DNA of 64,000 nt, taken from assembly GCA_963675595.2 (NCBI GenBank), contig CAXXLZ010000001.1, forward strand, positions 1,280,001 through 1,344,000, in the 5' to 3' direction. The notes under the pieces are model-generated. The model was not told where the DNA came from. It ran no database searches and worked only from the letters and a program-made list of their open reading frames with translations. The translations under genes and the position numbers were made by a program. Numbering within the stretch: the first letter of the stretch is position 1; each line of letters opens with the position of its first letter. Source of the stretch: Thermodesulfobacteriota bacterium (GTDB lineage: Bacteria; Desulfobacterota; Desulfarculia; JACQYL01). Below are positions 59,430-64,000 of the stretch, in pieces.

Positions 59430-61565
59430 ATGACTGAAACCTGCCAAGGAGTCCTACAGGACGTCCGAATCTACAACGCCGCTTCCGGTTGGGGATTCGC
59501 TCGGCTCGTCGGCCAAGAATACAAGGTGGTTGGATGCTTCCCGGCCCTTGAGCCCGGCGACTACTGCGAATTCACCGGGGAATGGACCGAGCATCCGAAG
59601 TACGGGAAACAGTTCAAGGCGTCGTCGGTGTCCATCTCGGTCCCAAAGGATTCCATGGGCTTGCGGAAGTACCTGCAGCAGCGCTTGCCGTGGATCGGTC
59701 CCGTCGCGGCCGGAAGATTGGTCGATGATTACGGGGACCGACTCTTCGACGTCATCCAAAACAACCCCATGGAGTTGATATCCGTAAAGGGTATTACCGA
59801 AGAAAGGGCGTTGAAGATCCACGAGGCATTCCTGTCCGGCCAAAAAGACAAGGACCTGGATATCTTTTTTGCTACCCATAATTTGACCACGGGAATGGTT
59901 GCCCGGCTGGTGGAACGATACGGGGACAAGTCCAAAGCCGCGTCTACCATCAAGGCCGATCCGTATTTGCTGGCTGATGATGTTTATGGCGTCGGCTTCA
60001 AAAAGGCTGACGCCATAGCGTTGTCGGTCGGCATTCCGAAACGCTCCCCGCGGAGAATCAAGGCGGGGATACTATGGTTGCTGAAGGACGCATCCGAGAG
60101 AGCGGGCCATTGTTTTTTGCCCGCATCCGAGATGGGAAGCCTTGGATACAAGCTCCTGGAAGTCTCTCGTGGCGACCTGGGGGACCCCGTTCGTGAGTTG
60201 GCGGACGAGGACGGCGTTATTGTCGAAGGGGACAGGATTGCCCTGTCGGAACTGTATCATGCCGAGGAGGAGATTGCTTCGGCGTTGTTGCGTTTGGCGT
60301 CGGCGCCACATCACGCGGTGATGCGCTCCCTGTCTCAGGACACCTTGGATTCCCTGGATGACGATCAACGACGGGCTCTTACTCTGGCTCTCGAAAGCAA
60401 GGTAAGCGTCATCACGGGAGGACCCGGAACCGGCAAGACGTACACCATTCAAAGAATTCTGGAAGCCCTAGGAGATCGAAAGATTGCTTTGGCCGCGCCC
60501 ACGGGCAAAGCGGCGAAGAGGATGGAGGAGATGACGTCCAGGCCGGCGCAGACCATTCACCGGTTGTTGGAGTTTGTTCCCGCTCCGGCACCCGGGTTTC
60601 GTCGAAACCGGCAGAACCCATTGGATTTCGATTGCGTCATTATCGACGAGACATCCATGGTGGATGTCTCGTTGATGAAGGCATTTTTACGGGCCGTGGA
60701 TCCCGATATGACGCAGTTGATTTTTGTCGGAGACGTGGATCAGCTCCCGAGCGTAGGCCCCGGCATGGCGCTTCGGGACATGATCGACTCTGAGAAGATA
60801 CCCACGGCTCGGCTGACGACATTACACAGACAGTCTGAAAAGTCGTTTATTGCATTGAATGCCCGTGCGGTGAATCGAGGGGAAAAGCTCATTTTGAACG
60901 TAGAAAATAGCGACTTTCACTTCATTCAAGTTGAAGACAAAGACAAGATTCCCGAGAAGATTACTCAAATCGTCAACAGCGTTCCGTCTCAACCCTTCGG
61001 GGTCCCCCTATGGGACATACAGGTTTTATGCCCACAGAGGGTAGGCCCCATCGGCGTAAACGCGCTGAATCCTTTGTTGCGCCCCTTATTCAATCCGGAA
61101 GGCATGGAGCTATCCGGGTTTGGCGGGCTGTATACGGGAGACAGGGTGATTCAGACACGCAACAATTACGACCTTGGAATATTCAACGGCGAAATCGGGG
61201 AGGTTTTACTGCGACAGCCCGAACCGGAAGGAGGACCGGAAGAACTAGACTATGTCGCCGTGCAGTTTCCGCAAGGGATTGTGCCCTATTCGAAGTTGAC
61301 CTGCTCTGAGTTGCAGCCCGCTTATGCGCTGACAATTCACAAGTCTCAGGGATCGGAGTTCCCCTGCGTCATTGTTCCCTTGCACACGACAAATTTCATC
61401 ATGCTCAAGCGGCCGTTGCTGTATACGGCGATTACGCGGGCGAAACAATTGTTGGTTTTGGTTGGGAGCGAGAAAGCCATGAAGGTGGCGATTAAGACGT
61501 TGGACACGTCAAATAGGTATACGCGACTGAAAGAGATGTTATGCCAGGAGGCGGTTAATCGGTAA
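59430..61565 (+). CDS. recD2: RecD2-like SF1B DNA helicase
   Basis: HPKYGKQF; GGPGTGKT; AAPTGKAA; IIDETSM; GDVDQLPSVG; TIHKSQGSEF; LLYTAITRAK. Confidence 0.93.
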   Translation: MTETCQGVLQDVRIYNAASGWGFARLVGQEYKVVGCFPALEPGDYCEFTGEWTEHPKYGKQFKASSVSISVPKDSMGLRKYLQQRLPWIGPVAAGRLVDDYGDRLFDVIQNNPMELISVKGITEERALKIHEAFLSGQKDKDLDIFFATHNLTTGMVARLVERYGDKSKAASTIKADPYLLADDVYGVGFKKADAIALSVGIPKRSPRRIKAGILWLLKDASERAGHCFLPASEMGSLGYKLLEVSRGDLGDPVRELADEDGVIVEGDRIALSELYHAEEEIASALLRLASAPHHAVMRSLSQDTLDSLDDDQRRALTLALESKVSVITGGPGTGKTYTIQRILEALGDRKIALAAPTGKAAKRMEEMTSRPAQTIHRLLEFVPAPAPGFRRNRQNPLDFDCVIIDETSMVDVSLMKAFLRAVDPDMTQLIFVGDVDQLPSVGPGMALRDMIDSEKIPTARLTTLHRQSEKSFIALNARAVNRGEKLILNVENSDFHFIQVEDKDKIPEKITQIVNSVPSQPFGVPLWDIQVLCPQRVGPIGVNALNPLLRPLFNPEGMELSGFGGLYTGDRVIQTRNNYDLGIFNGEIGEVLLRQPEPEGGPEELDYVAVQFPQGIVPYSKLTCSELQPAYALTIHKSQGSEFPCVIVPLHTTNFIMLKRPLLYTAITRAKQLLVLVGSEKAMKVAIKTLDTSNRYTRLKEMLCQEAVNR

Positions 61566-61626
61566 CCGCGCCTGCAAACCCGATTACCGATTAACACAAT
61601 ACACGTAACACAACACACGTAACACA
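61554..61626 (+). promoter_or_regulatory. 12-bp inverted repeat plus direct repeats upstream of the RAMP gene
   Basis: GTTAATCGGTAA (61554) / TTACCGATTAAC (61584); ACACGTAACACA at 61601 and 61615. Confidence 0.55.
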
Positions 61627-61643
61627 CACGATCGAAAGGATAC

Positions 61644-62411
61644 ATGAAAATGGGTGAAGCTGCAAAGAAGATTCAAGAAGAGCAAATGAAAGAGACGACG
61701 ACTGCGCCGGCCGAGACGGAAGAAACGGAAGGCAAACGAGGAAGAAAGCCGAAGGCCAAGTCGGAGGCGGGGCCGAAACAGGAAGGCCCGATGTTTCTTC
61801 CCATCGCCGAGCGGACATTCAGGATTACCATGACGGAAACCATGCTTGGGACCATCCCGGCCAACCAGCAGATTTTTTCCGACTACGTCAATTCCAAGGC
61901 CATGACTCCGGAGGAGAGGGAGGAAGAGGCGCTGCTTCAGTCCGGGGAAATCGACGAGGAAACCGGGCTTCCGGCGAACGATCATCATACCGGATTTTTC
62001 CGCGACTCCGCGGGCATCTATCTGATGAACTACCACATCAAGGGCTTCTTGAAGGAGGCCGGGAACATCCTAAAGGAAGCCGCCAAAGTAAAGGCGTTGC
62101 GCTCGAAGATAGATAACAACGTCTTTGTGTTTCCCCGCAAAATCTACCTTGCCAAAACCCACAGCGGCGTCCTGGAACGCCCCCTGCGAGCCCAAACGGC
62201 GCAGGGGCCCCGAGTCGCCCTGGCTCAATCCCTGACCGTGGACGCCGGGATTGCCTTCAATATTACGATTCGACTCCTGGACCACAAAGAGCTGAGTTGG
62301 TCGTTGATCGAATTGCTCCTGGACTACGGGGAGCTGAAAGGTCTTGGGCAGTGGAGAAACGGCGGGTATGGGACGTTTTCCTGGGAAGACATCACCCCCA
62401 AAAAGAAGTAA
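61644..62411 (+). CDS. Stand-alone Cas7/Csm3-like RAMP protein
   Basis: First strand FRITMTETMLG; IKGFLKEA helix (Csm3 SLKG..R equivalent); C-terminal G-rich loop GLGQWRNGGYGTF; AAAGGA RBS. Confidence 0.78.
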   Translation: MKMGEAAKKIQEEQMKETTTAPAETEETEGKRGRKPKAKSEAGPKQEGPMFLPIAERTFRITMTETMLGTIPANQQIFSDYVNSKAMTPEEREEEALLQSGEIDEETGLPANDHHTGFFRDSAGIYLMNYHIKGFLKEAGNILKEAAKVKALRSKIDNNVFVFPRKIYLAKTHSGVLERPLRAQTAQGPRVALAQSLTVDAGIAFNITIRLLDHKELSWSLIELLLDYGELKGLGQWRNGGYGTFSWEDITPKKK

Positions 62412-64000
62412 CGGCAAGGTCGCCCCATTTGCCGCGCCGCCTCGGTTAAGCCAAGCTTCGTACTGCAAGAGCATCGCCCTGTTCCTCGAGGCGAGGTATC
62501 GGCGTGGCAAAGCAATGCAGTGAAATGAGGGCTCAGGCTATGCCTGGTAGTGGGTGGCACGTAAAGGCGGAGCATAGCATGGCATGGTTCTGTAACGGCG
62601 AAGCACGGCGTGGCGCCGCAACGCTCAGGCAAAGTTAGGTGTGGTGTTGCGCCGAGGGCGTTGGCCGGGCGCAGTAGGGCACCGTGAAACTCTGGAAGCA
62701 TAGGTAATCCTGAGTGTCGTTGGAGCAAGGAGGCGCGGAGGCGAAGCCCCGTTGGAGATGGCGGTGCATCGGAACGGCTAAGCCGAGCGATGAAGGGACG
62801 AGACATGCAAGGGCGGAGTGAAGCAGACCGGAGTAACGCCGCGGCATAGCGTGGGTTCAGCAGGGCAACGCTTCGGCACGGCGAAGCAGCGTGATGAAGA
62901 TGAACAAGAAGAGTGTTGCAAGGGAGCAGTAAAGTGTGGAGGAGCAGTGCATCGGCGAGGCGGAGTTGTGCGGGGTTCGTGCACGGAGAGGTAATCCGCT
63001 GAGATGATACGCACGGGCGTGGTCGCGCGCGGAAAAGCAGCGCTTGGGCGGTTCACAGTGTGGAGGCGTTTTGCTTTGGCATAGTCGCTTGAAGAGCCGT
63101 GGTGTATGGCTTTGGCAGGGCGAGGTAAGGCGGGGCAGAGCTTTGGCTTGGAGATGTGCTGCTTTCCTTTGTAACGGCAATTCATGGCGTATATGGGCAC
63201 GTTGAAGCTGCGGTACTGCATTTTACAGCAAGGAGCGTCATGCGCATCAGAGAATGCAAAGGAAAAGCAACGTAATGCAAAGGAAAAGCAACGTTCCGTT
63301 CCTTCCGGCGCAGGCGGGGTACAGCGTCGCGCTTTTTGGCTTAGGCAAAGTGAAGTTCCGCGTGACCCACCAAAGGCAAAGCTCTGTTGAGCTATGTTTC
63401 GGCGATGTTTCGTCCTACAAGGCGCAGGAACGCACAGGCAGGGCGTAGATAGGCATCGGCTTAGCGGGGTACTTACTGCGTCGGCAAGGTTGTGAGAGGC
63501 CGAGTTCGGCGTCGGCAAGGTGCGGCGTTATAACGCTGCGTAGCGCTTTGGCGTAGCGAAGTTTAGCCGAGGCGAAGTTAGGTAAGGCGACGATGCGAAT
63601 TGGCTTGGTACAGCGCTGCACGGACCTGTAATGGTTGTGCCAAGTTCTGAGCAGCCCGGAGATAAACGCAAAGGCACCGCGGCGTCTTCCTGTGCACTAA
63701 GGAGTAAAGGCGTAGCGGGGTACGGATGTGCAACGGCGGAGTAGGAACAAGGCGATGAAGCGTTGTGCGAAGGCACTGCATGGCAAGGTCATGTATACCA
63801 CGGGCGAGGTGTCGTTGGTCAAAGTTCAGCGGCGGCTTAGCTAAGCATAGTGCAGCCGGGGCTATGTAAAGCCGGCTCCGCCAAGGCGTTGCAAAGCTCA
63901 GTTGTGGCAAAGTGCGGTTCAGCGGCGGCAACGCATAGCACGACAAAGTAGCGCGACGGTAGTGCTTAGTTCGGCAAAACAGCGCGACGGCAGTGTCCAA
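62412..64000 (+). ncRNA. Putative guide-RNA array of degenerate NGYNN pentamers in 5n+1-nt units; runs off the window
   Basis: e.g. 62566 GGCGG AGCAT AGCAT GGCAT GGTTC TGTAA C / GGCGA AGCAC GGCGT GGCGC CGCAA CGCTC A / GGCAA AGTTA GGTGT GGTGT TGCGC; no credible ORF. Confidence 0.7.

Larger units (their letters stand above)
7141..64000. mobile_element. Temperate podovirus-like prophage integrated at tRNA-Asp; right end lies outside the window
   Basis: att fragment followed by complete head, tail, lysis, replication and repressor modules. Confidence 0.93.

Noticed and set aside
62324-64000. Minus- and plus-strand ORFs over the array (e.g. 62778-63518, 63578-64000)
   Set aside because: Low-information Pro/Arg/Cys/Ala-rich translations with ~5-residue periodicity (PCHAMLR, PRLTSPC, PYLTSPRL) are the expected by-product of a 5-nt repeat; no motifs are recognisable.
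62412-64000. Canonical CRISPR array or simple microsatellite
   Set aside because: There are no identical 23-47-nt repeats separated by unique spacers, and the pentamers are too variable at specific positions to be a slippage satellite.

Overview
Positions 1-7140 are host chromosome: an ABC exporter/universal stress protein operon, an FGE-sulfatase gene and a small HTH gene. At 7094-7140 is the 3' half of a tRNA-Asp(GTC) on the minus strand, followed by its terminator. This looks like the att scar of a prophage that fills the rest of the window and continues beyond 64000. The prophage is temperate and podovirus-like. Its minus-strand late operon encodes TerS/TerL, portal, scaffold, an N4-gp56-type major capsid protein, a glycosyltransferase, a GH-A lipoprotein, tail nozzle and fibre, ejection proteins, a ~3550-aa polyvalent virion protein and holins. 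It also has a cassette-like early/accessory island, a primase-helicase beside an iteron origin, a cI/cro-like switch, and a recombination operon (circularly permuted exonuclease, SMC-like ATPase, RecD2). The standout is at the right end. A stand-alone Cas7/Csm3-like RAMP gene (61644-62411) is followed directly from its stop codon by at least 1.59 kb of apparently non-coding, G-rich DNA with 5-nt periodicity (N-G-Y-N-N), arranged in units of 5n+1 nt. This is a candidate phage-encoded RNA-guided system with a non-CRISPR guide array. All calls come from manual reading; no database searches were run.
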